NCBI RefSeq assembly: GCF_006345805.1
Contig: NC_042998.1
Coordinates: 124,434,001 to 124,498,000 of the forward strand
DNA length: 64,000 nucleotides
Direction: 5' to 3'
Origin: Octopus sinensis
Lineage: Eukaryota
Shown here: positions 15,140 to 27,074 of the stretch, piece after piece
Layout: every line of letters begins with the position of its first letter
How positions within the stretch are numbered: position 1 is the stretch's first letter
Translations under genes and position numbers: made by a program
Notes under the pieces: model-generated
The model's database searches: none
Told to the model about the DNA's origin: nothing
Seen by the model: only the letters and a program-made list of their open reading frames with translations

Positions 15140-15305
15140 AAAAATAATGGCGAGATTCTTTTACTTGCTTCAATCGTTTGACAAAGTATTGGTCGGCCCG
15201 AGGCTAGAATAGAAGACAATTGCCCAAATTGCCACACAGAAGAACTGAACCCGGAACCATGTAGCAGGAAAGCAAGATTCTTACCACACAACCACGTCTG
15301 TTCCT
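15140..15305 (-). mobile_element. SINE family B, internally deleted
   Basis: Reverse complement matches the head (..CCGGGTTCAGT..) and tail (GAAACAAGTAAAAGA-like) of the copy at 57485-57901. Confidence 0.65.
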
Positions 15306-16521
15306 AATGTTTACTTATCCTGGTCTTGTGTTATTTTTTCTTTCTTTGAGGATGTTGTACTGGCCTTTGAAAATCATCATTTTCTCCGATAAGCATGTAG
15401 CAAAAAGATGAATCTAACAACAATAATCCTGAAATTGAAGTAAACAGGATGTAGTACCTTAGAGCTGAAAAATACCAATAATACATATGAAACAATAAAA
15501 TACGACCCAATTCATACAAACCATAACAGGCTTTACGACGTTACATATATAAAAGATATCACTCCTTGTTCACTACCCATTTCATGCGACTTTTAATTCA
15601 GTCTCTGAAACAGTATACATTAGGCATACAACATACATTTTACAAAATAACTATGACATAAGATTTCACAGCTCACAAAACACATCATCTAAGTAGTTAC
15701 TACTGAACATTATAACACAACTATACTCTATACGGTCGCCACTACAATAATACCAAAACCTTTTTGCTGGTATAATCCATACCCCTACATTGTGAAAGAA
15801 TCCACATGTTTGTAGTTTCTACTCATTAGTAGTACGACACAACGCACATATTACACATTCTATCTAGTCGCTCGCAAGCAGAATTCATGCGCAATTCACA
15901 TACGCTCGCCCAACAAAACAATAGATCTCACATTCCATATGCACTGAGCAACAGATGTGTAATCCATAAAGCAAAAATACCACCAGAAACAACTAACTGA
16001 TGCAAAATTGGTGCCATAGGCTAACACAAGTATACGTTTTGAAATACAATGCTGCACGCACCTCTGAACCGCACGGCTGTTTACCTCATGATACAACAGA
16101 AAGTCGAATAACTGTTGAAACTGTGACGATATTAATAATTCCAAGAGATTGTAAATTTACTCCGAGAAACATTTATCTATATTTACAAATCGAATATGAC
16201 AGTCTAGACAAATTTTATAGTGTTCTAAACCCATTTATTGAGAAAGATAACATCTTGATATAATAGACTACATATTTTAGCAATAAGATATTCCATGTAT
16301 ATCATACATTTTATTTGTTGTAATTTTATAATTAAGTATCAATACTTCCTAGTTTAATTTTTTTTCTTGGTCGGTGATTTGGAAACGCTAAATTTATCGT
16401 TGTTTTCTAAACAATGTATAATCTATCAAATGATACTGATCATTCAACGATAACTCGTGTATCAAGTTAAATGGAAGGCGCATGATATTCCACTGATGAA
16501 ATATGATTATCATCAGTTCAA

Positions 16522-16553
<32 letters not shown>

Positions 16554-17783
16554 TATATATGAAAGTTATAAAATGACGTACTACCAAACGACCCATCGCA
16601 TTCTTTGCCCACATTCTCTTCTAATAATACATTATAATTAATTAGAATTTCGGGGTTGTCAGCCTTGCTTTTCTCTGGGTAGCAATAAACATTAAGCTAA
16701 TGAAAATTTCATTCTTTATTTGGGATTAATTTTATTTAAAATTTCTTGAATAAGTACGCCGAACATACAGTTTTGATATTATACAGAGCGTATCCTTCGT
16801 CTCTTTAGTAATTCTTCATATGCTTACATTTACTGAGCTACTGAATCAATCAACAACAGCATGAATAGATATATATTGAAGTACACACAAACGCGCGCAC
16901 ATATTAGTAAGTTGCATAAATGTTTCGTGTGAAAAGAAAGACTAAAATTTGACTATTACATAATTGTTTTAGGTATATTTTAACATTATTGCTAGCTGTA
17001 TATCCAATTGCGTGATAAAATATGTTGTTCTTGGAAACTTAGAAATATCAGCTATCCTTCCTCAGAACGGATAGTATCATTTTTTAACAGTATATCTCAA
17101 CAGCTTTGTATTTACGAGTAGATTAAAATCTATGCAATTTACAATTTATCACTAATAGATGAGAATTGCAGATATACTAATATCGTTTTAAATATACAAG
17201 AAATCACAACAGATTTTAATTTATTACATATTGCGGAATTACATATACCTCAAACTAGAGAGATCTTTATAGACTAAATTTTCGGTGCCTTTGATGCCCT
17301 TATTTAGTATATACCTTTGATTCTCCTTAATTTCCTACACCAAATGGAGAGGGAAAATGACAGGTTCGTTGTCAGTATATGATAAAATCTAGGTTCTGGT
17401 TAATCGCATCGAATGATAGAGAACACATAAAAGTAGTATCTTTTCTGTTGCTGTCACAGTTTTCAAATTTAGTATATTAATGAAATTTTTCACATTGAAT
17501 CTATTTTGCTATTCACTTGTTCCAGAAAAATTGCAGATAATGTTTCAAACTAACAATATGAGTAACAACCAGATTACTCTCATATTAAAACTTTACATTT
17601 AAGAACAGAATAAAAGATAATGCAGTATTAGACACTTTGACTAAAACGAGGATGTTTAGAACGCTTTGATCATGGGTTTGCCACACCAGAGATGAAAAGT
17701 GACAAACCAGAGCACCAAAATAAAAATCATTAATAGTGAAATAATAATAAATAAATGCGCCCTTTTGAAGCCTAGCCAGGTTC

Positions 17784-18002
17784 ATGGGCCCGGTTTCCTG
17801 GTTTCAATGGCGTATATGTTCCTCAGCTGGACGGGACGCCAGTCAATCACAGCGTTACTCATTTTTGCCAACAGAATGGACTGGAGGAACGTGAAATGAA
17901 GTGTTTTGCTCAAGAACACAACGCGTCGCCCGATCCAGGAATCGAAACCACAATCTTACGATCATGATGCTGACACCCTAACCACTAAACCACGCGCCTC
18001 CA
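17784..18002 (-). mobile_element. tRNA-derived SINE, family C (V-domain-like body)
   Basis: Minus strand GGAGGCGCGTGGTTTAGTGGTTAGGGTGTCAGC (A box) ... GGTTTCGATTCCTGG (B box) ... GACTGGCGTCCCGTCCAG. Confidence 0.8.
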
Positions 18003-18849
18003 CCATTAATAGTGAGGTAAGGTGAAATTTAATAACTTTATGAATCCGGCATATAATTTTACTTGATATAAGTTTAAATCAAAACTTCTTGATGAGATAC
18101 TGTCCTTTCTAAGATTATTTATTAATCAAAATTATCTTTGTTTTGAAATTAATATTTGTTCTTACATGATAAAATATGTGAGATTTCAGATATCTTCTCA
18201 AGGAAATATATCGAAAGAAAAAGGAATTCAATAACAGTATATAAACGTAGACCAATATTTTCTAATTTTGGATGATATCTCTTAATGGAAAGATAAGCAA
18301 CGATAGGAATCAAACTGTCGATGGTAAATTCCTGCAGAGAAATCAATAACAACATTTTGATATATTTACCAAAATTATTTCAATTTTAGGAAATGAAATT
18401 TGTAACTATTTTCTTCTAAATCTTCAAAATATATACACAAATATACAACGCATACTCATGTATATAGGTACACATATATAAGTACTGCTGATATATATGC
18501 ATACAGGCAAACAAATAAAACACAAGCAAGTATATGCAAGACGTTCTCTTACATAAAAGAAATTTTATATAAATATAGCTTAAATGAGGGGACAAGTAAT
18601 AGTATGCGTATATGTGTGTGTATGGAAGGTGCGTGTGTTTGTGTATTATCTGTGATACAGATAAGTAGGTAGGCAGATAGATAGGTAGGTTTTGGGGAGG
18701 TAGGTTATAGAAAGAGAGAGATTGATAGCGTGTATATAGCGGAAGTGTAATTCAAGCAATACAACAAACAAAGCTTAAAATCATATTTTGCTCACTTGTT
18801 AAAATTTTCGTCTCTCGACTGCGGCTTGGTCACTGGAGTTTCTATAATG

Positions 18850-19081
18850 TATTGGGTTGGTGCATAATTATTGCGGCTCTTTTTCAACGAATTATATTCA
18901 ATAAAAACATCTTTAAATTATTATTGCGGAGCATATTCACCATCTATTTCAATTACTGCTTCCCATTTGCTTGGAAAACGGTCAGACCGCCATTTAAAGA
19001 TGTTTTTGCTAAATATTGTTATTGTTTTAACTTAATAAAATTTGGTGAAAAAAGCGGCAATAATTATACACCAATCCAATA
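18850..19081. mobile_element. Mariner-derived MITE with TIRs and TA duplication
   Basis: TA-TTGGGTTGGTGCATAATTATTGCGGCT ... AAAAAAGCGGCAATAATTATACACCAATCCAA-TA. About 30-bp imperfect inverted ends resembling Hsmar1/MADE1-type TIRs. Confidence 0.85.
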
Positions 19082-19193
19082 ATTTCAGCAGATTCATAAT
19101 TACACCGCTTGACAGACAAGTATAACTTCGTAACACCACGCATGCACACATACCTACCTAGATATATATACGCATTCAAGAATAGATAAATAG

Positions 19194-19295
<102 letters not shown>

Positions 19296-21368
19296 GCTCA
19301 GGAATGTCTGCTTTGCTATTACCAACCATTTATCTATTTCCCAATCTCGTAGACATGGAGTTTTGATATCAGCACGTTCTTGAATTGCTTTACTTTTGTT
19401 CGTTTTCTTCGTTTCTCGTTCCTCAACTGGCCGTAGCCGGTTGGCATATGGAATCAGTTGTATTCTATTCAAATCGTGCATCTTGTACACTGAACATTGT
19501 TTATAGTGTTTGTTTCTTCGATATAAGTTGCTTTAACATTTTGGGCGCTAACACTGTTCCCGTAAATTTCTCCAATTTTGACAATGCTACGAACAGAAAG
19601 CTCGTGCAAGCGATTCGACTGAGCAACTTTGTATTGAGTCTTGATCGAAAACAACGAAGGCAGTTACAGTTGTCAGAGGCGTTTTGTTTGCCGTCATAAA
19701 AATAACAGAGCTAGAGACTTCTATCAACCCAATATTTGTTGTATATTATGCGTGAGATATATGCGATGAATTGTAAAGCGTTGTGACAATGATATATTCC
19801 TAGTTGGTTTGCGATTAACTCAAGAGTATCTACTGGACATCCATTTGTAAGGAACGTGGCTATAATATTACTTTGGATAAGTCTTACGATTGTTATTTAC
19901 ATTGCAGTACATCCGTAAGCGTCAAGCATCTTCCAAATAACTCATGAGAGGTAATGTCGATGTCATTGTTGAAGTCTTTTAAAGGCTACGTCGAGAGAAT
20001 AATGTTTGTCACAGCACATTGCTTTTAAGTGGAAAGCATTGTATATCATATCTGCATTTTGTATTGATAGTCGGAAGCCATTTGGAATCTCAAGTAAGTT
20101 TGTTTAAGCCTATGGATTAAGCTGGGAATGAATTTAGCGTACACGCAGCCGGCATTACATTTCGATTTCATTTTTGTAGCTGGCGACAATAAACTTATTT
20201 CTTAGGTCGGATGGAATATGAGTGTTTGTGTGTATTTGTGTGTGTATGTCTGTCTGTCTTTGTTTATACATATGTACATACATACATGTGTATGTGTAAT
20301 ATGGGTGTGTATGTATGTGCGTGTTTTTTTTTTTTTGGAGGGGCATGCACGTGCATGTGTATGAGCGCGCGCTCACGTGTGCTTCTGTGTGTGTTACAAC
20401 GAAAAATGTAGAAAGAATATCGGGTTAACGAAATTTATATATAAATCAATACCCTACTATATATATATATGTGTGTATGGTATATACATACATATATGTA
20501 TAAATAATATACAAATATATGCATATATACATAATATATGTACATACCTGCATATATATGTATATATACATACATATATGGGTACAAGACATCAAAAAGA
20601 CGTAGACAAAATGAGAAACGCGAACATGCAAACCAAAAACATAGAAATTAAACTTTTTTCGAACAACGAAAGAAACAAACAGAAACGAAACAGGAAACAT
20701 AAAGAACATTGCTTTCATCAGTTGTCCCCTGTTTTATCTACTCCGCGTTTACGAAGGTAGGGACAAGACGCGACTTCGTTAAAACAGTCCTTCCCGCAAA
20801 GCAAAATAAATAAAATTTGGGAATTTTTGCGGAGAGTGAAAGTGGTAACAAAAAGAGGACAGTGAGAACAAAACAGTAAAAACAAACGGTGAGGGCAGTT
20901 AAGCCAAGAGGATGTGAAGTGGTGAGCGCTGGAAAAACGAGCTTTAAGAAGAGACAGATAAAAGCACGTCTTGTCTTTAGGAAGGAAGTGGAAGAAAGAA
21001 AGATGGATGACATATATATACCTGCGAGTTGTATGAAAATATAGCAAACATTGATTATAATTTATTTATATTTAATGATATATTTTCTTGCAATATTATG
21101 ATGGTTTTTAGTTTTGAATTATAAACTTAGCAAAGAGTTCTTTTAATTATGGCTATTACTAATTGTGAAAATAAAATTCTTATAAAACTTCTCAGACAAA
21201 ATTAATGAGGCAAGTACGTATATAGCGCGACAATGCCAGTATTCTACTAGATCAAAGTGGGTGATGTGGATAGCTGTCAGCACCAAACTGCTCTGATAAA
21301 AATCAAAGCAAAATGGTGGAGGTGTGGGTATGAGTATATACATATATGCACATATATATGTGTGTGAG

Positions 21369-21400
<32 letters not shown>

Positions 21401-21427
21401 TGTATATATATATATATCTATATATCT

Positions 21428-21487
<60 letters not shown>

Positions 21488-21540
21488 GCATACATACATA
21501 CAGAGAGAGAGCAAGAGAATTATTATTACTATTATTATTA

Positions 21541-21575
21541 TGTTTGGCTTTTGCTTTGTACAAGTTGACTCCAAG
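21541..21575 (-). mobile_element. Ultra-truncated 3' tip of a Dong/R4-like LINE within (TAA)n
   Basis: TGTTTGGCTTTTGCTTTGTACAAGTTGACTCCAAG matches the 3' terminus of the LINE at 44098-44145 (TGTTTGACTTTTGCTTTATATTTGTACAAGTTGGCTCCAAG). Flanked by ATT repeats on both sides. Confidence 0.7.
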
Positions 21576-21579
21576 TTAT

Positions 21580-21590
21580 AATTATTATTA

Positions 21591-21678
<88 letters not shown>

Positions 21679-21690
21679 CATTATTGTTAT
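21580..21690. repeat. (ATT)n microsatellite
   Basis: About 33 ATT units. Confidence 0.95.
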
Positions 21691-22024
21691 TTGATTCCAC
21701 CTAGACTTCAATATTCACCTAACTGTTTAATCAAGCAGAACAGCAAAACTTGATGTCCCATTGAAATTAAAGTTTTACAATAAATAATACCCTATAGGTT
21801 ACTTTTTAAGATAGATATTTGAATCTTCTAGATTTGTATATTTATTTCTCTACTGTATGTGTGCAAGTTTTCTCAATAGGTGCTAAATAACTGTTTGTCG
21901 ATGTTACATCTATTAATCAGTTACGTTCGTTTCGAAAAATAAGGGAAATGTTACATCAATAAGCTTATTAGTTTATACAGATAGAAATGGTTAATGTAAA
22001 ATCAGTTGATTTACACAAAATTAA

Positions 22025-22287
22025 GGCGGCGAGTAGGCAGAATCGTTAGCTCACTAATTTACGGGGACGTAAACTCACCAACATCGGTTGTCAAGCGATG
22101 GTGGGGGACAAACACAACACAAGCACACACACACACACATATAAATACGATGGGCTTCTTTCAGTTTCCGTTTACCAAATCCGAAGCTATAGTAGAAGAC
22201 ACTTGACCAAGGTGCCACACAGTGGGACTGAACCTGAGACCATGTGGTTGGTTAGCAAGTTACTTAAAACACAGCCACTCCTGCGCC
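22025..22287. mobile_element. Chimeric SINE junction: family A head (+, ~25 bp) abutting an internally deleted family B copy (-)
   Basis: GGCGGCGAGTAGGCAGAATCGTTAGC is followed directly by the reverse complement of family B, ending ...CACAGCCACTCCTGCGCC. Confidence 0.7.
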
Positions 22288-22574
22288 TGTTAATACGGGC
22301 GATGGTACCAGCAGACCATCCTGGTTTTGTGCTATTTCTGCCTGTCTACCGTACTGAACACCTCGTCTGCGAGAGAGGTCAGTAGCTCTAAGAGATCAAC
22401 ACAGTAGTTGTACTAACAAGTAATGTTTATACCCACTTCAACATGGCAATCCGTTCGAAGGGATTTTATTGCGATTTCTTAACCCCAAGAGGACATCTGT
22501 AACTGGTTAACGATGCACAGTTGCATCCGAGATATTGCGAGAAGGGGAAGGAACCCCTACCATCTTATATATAT

Positions 22575-22618
<44 letters not shown>

Positions 22619-22749
22619 ATATATATATAAACAATTACAGCATGAAAGGTGTCTATAAGCCATTTAAGAAAAGCCTTCCACGCTGCAATTGTTTTCGTTC
22701 CAGCACACAATCTCAGAACAGGTCATTTGCTATGCAAGTACATCTCCGT

Positions 22750-22875
<126 letters not shown>

Positions 22876-23068
22876 GGCGGTGACTGAAACAAGTAAAAGA
22901 ATAAATGAAAGAAAGAATGGGTGGGAAGGGGCTGGTGACACAATCTTTTCATTCACGCATTGAATTTGGTGATACTAGTTGCGGATTCTAGCTCGCTCTG
23001 ATACTGAGTTGAGTTGGTGCCTTCTAGTATCTCAAAATTCAATATATAATCATTTATGATTATAGTAT

Positions 23069-23169
23069 TCTACGCTGAAGAGAAAATAAGTTTTTGGTAA
23101 GATAGAATTATTTAATATTTAATTCTTATGCTTTCCTAAAAACTTGATTTCGAAACGTACGTCCGTAGA
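23069..23169 (+). ncRNA. Type I hammerhead ribozyme, copy 1 (predicted cleavage after C23163)
   Basis: Stem I TCTACG (23069-74) pairs with CGTAGA (23164-69). Core CTGAAGA (23075-81). Long stem II GAAATAAGTTTTTTGG / CCTAAAAACTTGATTTC. Core GAAA (23152-55). Palindromic mini-stem III ACGTACGT. GTC cleavage triplet (23161-63). Confidence 0.85.
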
Positions 23170-23662
23170 TAACTTAAAATTGTATGATAGATTGCCGTCA
23201 ATTCATTCTCTCTTACCTGTTTGTGTCTGCCTTCCAATTGCTGTTTTTACTGAGATCTCCCTTTTTAATAGAAGAAATAGCTATAACTCTTTGACTGCTA
23301 TTTCTAAATTCGGTATGTGGTAAGGCAATTCGTTGCTAAACCCTTTATTGCTTAGTATTACTTAAATTTTCCTCGAATGAGGCTTTTACATGCCGAAGAC
23401 TACTTGGTGTAATTGATAATTATTCCAAATTAATTAATTTCACCCTTCATTATTACGGATAACCATATTTTATCTCAGTAGATGACCACAGCATCTTGTT
23501 TTGGCTACACGCGGGTGGGAAGGGGCTGGTGACACAATCTTTTCATTCACGCATTGAATTTGGTGATACTAGTTGCGGATTCTAGCTCGCTCTGATACTG
23601 AGTTGAGTTGGTGCCTTCTAGTATCTCAAAATTCAATATATAATCATTTATGATTATAGTAT

Positions 23663-23760
23663 TCTACGCTGAAGAGAAAAGAAGTTTTTGGTAAGATAGA
23701 ATATTTAATATTAATTCTTATGCTTCCTAAAAACTTGATTTCGAAACGTACGTCCGTAGA
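23663..23760 (+). ncRNA. Type I hammerhead ribozyme, copy 2 (predicted cleavage after C23754)
   Basis: Same architecture: TCTACG-CTGAAGA-stem II-GAAA-CGTACGTC-CGTAGA. All core nucleotides are intact; the changes relative to copy 1 are confined to stem II. Confidence 0.85.
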
Positions 23761-25583
23761 TAACTTAAAATTGTATGATAGATGCCGTCAATTCATTCTC
23801 TCTTACCTGTTTGTGTCTGCCTTCCAATTGCTGTTTTTACTGAGATCTCCCTTTTTAGTAGAAGAAATAGCTATAACTCTTTGACTGCTATTTCTAAATT
23901 CGGTATGTGGTAAGGCAATTCGTTGCTAAACCCTTTATTGCTTATATATATATATATATATATATATAATCTATACATTTGTTCTATACAAGATAGGTAG
24001 ATAAATATAACCAGGTCTTTAATAGTATAACATTATTTTTTAAGTAGATATCTGCGATTTCTCACACTATACTTATCTTTTTCTTTGTAACTACACCTGA
24101 TTTTAAACAGTGGGAAATTTAAAATAGTATTCGTACATTGCTTAATTGAAAGTTTATCTAATTCTTAATTCTTAAATCTTAATTTTTAGTTTTTATTTAA
24201 TTCTTTAATCTTAATTTTAAATTTTAAATTTTAAATTTTTAATTTTGGAACTTAATCTAGTTTAGGTAACACTACTTTAATAAATTAAGTTACTAAAGCT
24301 TAGCAATTCTATTACAGAATTAATTAAGCGAAGAAACTCCCTTGAAAGTAGTATGATAAACTTCAATAAAATAGACAATTCCATCACACCTTGTTAATTA
24401 AATTCTAGGTTTTGACCGGTAGTCCGTTAATGTTATTGATAGTAACGGCTACAATTTTTAAGACAGAAACATGAATAAATAAATAAATAAATAATTTAAA
24501 TGACCTTTGGTTAAGGGTTGCACTTAGATCCTTTCTCTTATTGTATTTCCTTTTAGCGATAGCTATTGACCCCTCTACCCCTGACCTTGTTTATCTCTTT
24601 AAATCCTCTTTAGATTCATATCTGCTTTCATCCGTGTCAGGTTGATAGTAAATAGCTGTGTACTGGTCAAAATAATAATTTTCTTTCCACATAGTTCCTG
24701 AATTCTTAAAGTTTCTTAAAGATTCAAGCTAACTAAGCTATCTACAAATTCTTCTGTATTTGGTCACTTAAAAAAACCCCCTCCCGCTAAGTTGTCACAG
24801 TATACTCTATATAGGCGCCTTTTCTTTTCTCCCCATTCCACTTTTTCTTTCTTTCTTTTCTTTTTCTTCTTTTTCTTTCTCTTTCTTTTCCTTATTTCTT
24901 CTTCTTCTCCTTTTTCTTTTTCTTTTTTCCTTGTCTCTTTCCTTTTTCTTTTATCTTATTTTATTTTCTTTGCCCCACAAATAAATTCCTTCAGCCTTTA
25001 GAATTCTCAACATAGCAGTTTTGCACGGAGAGCAATAACATGGCAAATTACCTTATCATATAGCATGAAATGATTGTGGATTAAAAATGGTTAAATACAT
25101 CGTCTGTGAGTATGAAATCCCTCATCTTACCGCTGGAAATGTAAATCTTCACTATGGATTAATTCACCTTTTCTGTGAAGCTAATAAGTCTTTAAAAACC
25201 TGTGATAAGTCTGTGCATCATCCTCTTCATATCTCTGAAAATTTAAATCTACACTATGGATTGATTCATCTTCTCTTCGAAACTAATAAGTTTTTTTTTA
25301 AATCTGTGATAAGACTGTGCATCATCATTAAGGAACTTTGGAAAACTGTTTACAACCTATATCTGCCTCTAATGGAACTATCTCCAATATCTCATGAGTA
25401 TAACCTCACCCACTAAGATGTCTAGAGAACTCAAATGTATTTTAGCTGATGAGTACGGGACACTTTTATCTGCTGCAATTTTTGCAACTTGTAATAAAGC
25501 CTGTCTTTGTATGAAACAATTGTACTAAAAACCAATCCATTCTTGTTGCTTCTTTCTCGTATATATATATATATATACACACA

Positions 25584-25928
25584 CAATATTACATTTGTAC
25601 ATATATACACAAGGGTACTACATGAGTACCTATACCGCTAAAAAATAGAAGTCAAAAAGCACTTCTGTACCACCGAATAGTTACAAATCTATTTCAGACA
25701 TGCTAGGAAAAAATATCAGTGAACAATAACAATGTCTTACCAACATTCACTTGTTCTGACCCAGTAGGGGTAAGACATTATTATTGTTCACTGATATTTT
25801 TTTCCTATCATGTCTGTAATAGATTAGTGACTATTCGGAGGTACAGAAGTATTTTTTTACTTCTATTTTTTTAGCAGTATAGGTACGCATGTAGTATCCT
25901 TGTGTATATATGTACATATCTAATATTG
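25584..25928. repeat. Long imperfect inverted repeat (foldback / MITE-like), arms ~160 bp, spacer ~27 bp
   Basis: Left arm ...GAAAAAATATCAGTGAACAATAACAATGTCTTACC ends at 25741. Right arm GGTAAGACATTATTATTGTTCACTGATATTTTTTTCC... starts at 25769. Complementarity continues out to CAATATT/AATATTG. Confidence 0.85.
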
Positions 25929-26007
25929 TATATATATATTTCAGTAATTTGCCTGTACGGCTGAGAATTCACTTACCACTCGTGATGGTATTTCGATAAT
26001 ATCATGC

Positions 26008-26009
<2 letters not shown>

Positions 26010-26042
<33 letters not shown>

Positions 26043-26155
26043 TACAGATACATATATATATATATATTTACATATATATATACAAATATATATATATTAT
26101 ATATATAATATATATATTATATATATAATATATATATATATATATATTACATACA

Positions 26156-26188
<33 letters not shown>

Positions 26189-26232
26189 ATATACAAATAT
26201 ATATATATATAATATATATATAATATATATAC

Positions 26233-26299
<67 letters not shown>

Positions 26300-26381
26300 C
26301 AATATATATATATATATATATACATAACAATATATATAATATTATATATATATAATATAATATATATATATATAACATACA

Positions 26382-26432
<51 letters not shown>

Positions 26433-26450
26433 TATATATATATAATATAA
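26010..26450. repeat. Degenerate (TA)n tract, ~440 bp and almost entirely A/T
   Basis: Direct reading; source of the YI-rich ORF artefacts. Confidence 0.95.
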
Positions 26451-26454
26451 ACAA

Positions 26455-26640
26455 CCTCCTTGTTGCCGTCTTCTCGTCCTGTCAGAACCCATCCATCTGG
26501 ACCATCTAATGGGACGCGCGATTCGTCAGTGAATATGACGTTTCTGAAACCTGTTTCTATGTACTTTCTTGCCCACTTTAGACATTTATCAATATAGATC
26601 AGATGTATGTCAAATTTTAGCCGCTATTTAGAAAGACTAT
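26455..26640 (-). mobile_element. Tc1-like transposase fragment
   Basis: Minus strand KWARKYIETGFRNVIFTDESRVPLDGPDGW contains the first catalytic D motif (VIFTDE..LDGPDG). Confidence 0.7.
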
Positions 26641-26743
26641 TTGAACCAACATCCTAAAATTTCAGTTTCCTATATAGTTGTACATTCATTTTATAAGAAC
26701 CAAACCGATTTGCATATCTTCAGACAAGGTATGTATGTATGTG

Positions 26744-26792
<49 letters not shown>

Positions 26793-27042
26793 GGAGAAAA
26801 TTGTGGATACATATGTAAATTATTCTTTAAGAACAATAGTACAGTTACAAGCTTCGGTCACCTGAGCCTTCATGGGACTGGCCGAAACTGCGAGTCATTT
26901 TCAATACTCTTCTTGTCAGTGAATAATACATTTGTACTCTACCAAAGATATTGTGTAATCCTTCAATGTAATAAATTTATTGATATAAAAGCAAACATTT
27001 ACATATATATATATGTGTGTGTGTGTGTGTGTACACCCTCTG

Positions 27043-27074
<32 letters not shown>

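Larger units (their letters stand above)
22919..23944 (+). repeat. Head-to-tail partial tandem duplication, period ~594 bp (22919-23512 and 23513-23944), Penelope pLTR / retrozyme-like
   Basis: Both copies begin GGGTGGGAAGGGGCTGGTGACACAATC and are nearly identical, apart from a few 1-bp indels and substitutions. The second copy stops at CCCTTTATTGCTTA before a (TA)n run. Confidence 0.9.

Noticed and set aside
19330-19700. Protein-like minus-strand frames (SIKTQYKVAQSNRLHELSVRSIVKIGEIYG..)
   Set aside because: Frameshifted, no recognisable family, and no convincing splice sites.
26845-26900. Hammerhead-like motifs on both strands (..GGCCGAAACTGCGAGTC; minus strand CATGAAG..GACCGAAG)
   Set aside because: The catalytic CUGANGA/GAAA cores are broken and stem I is not evident; at most a decayed PLE terminus.
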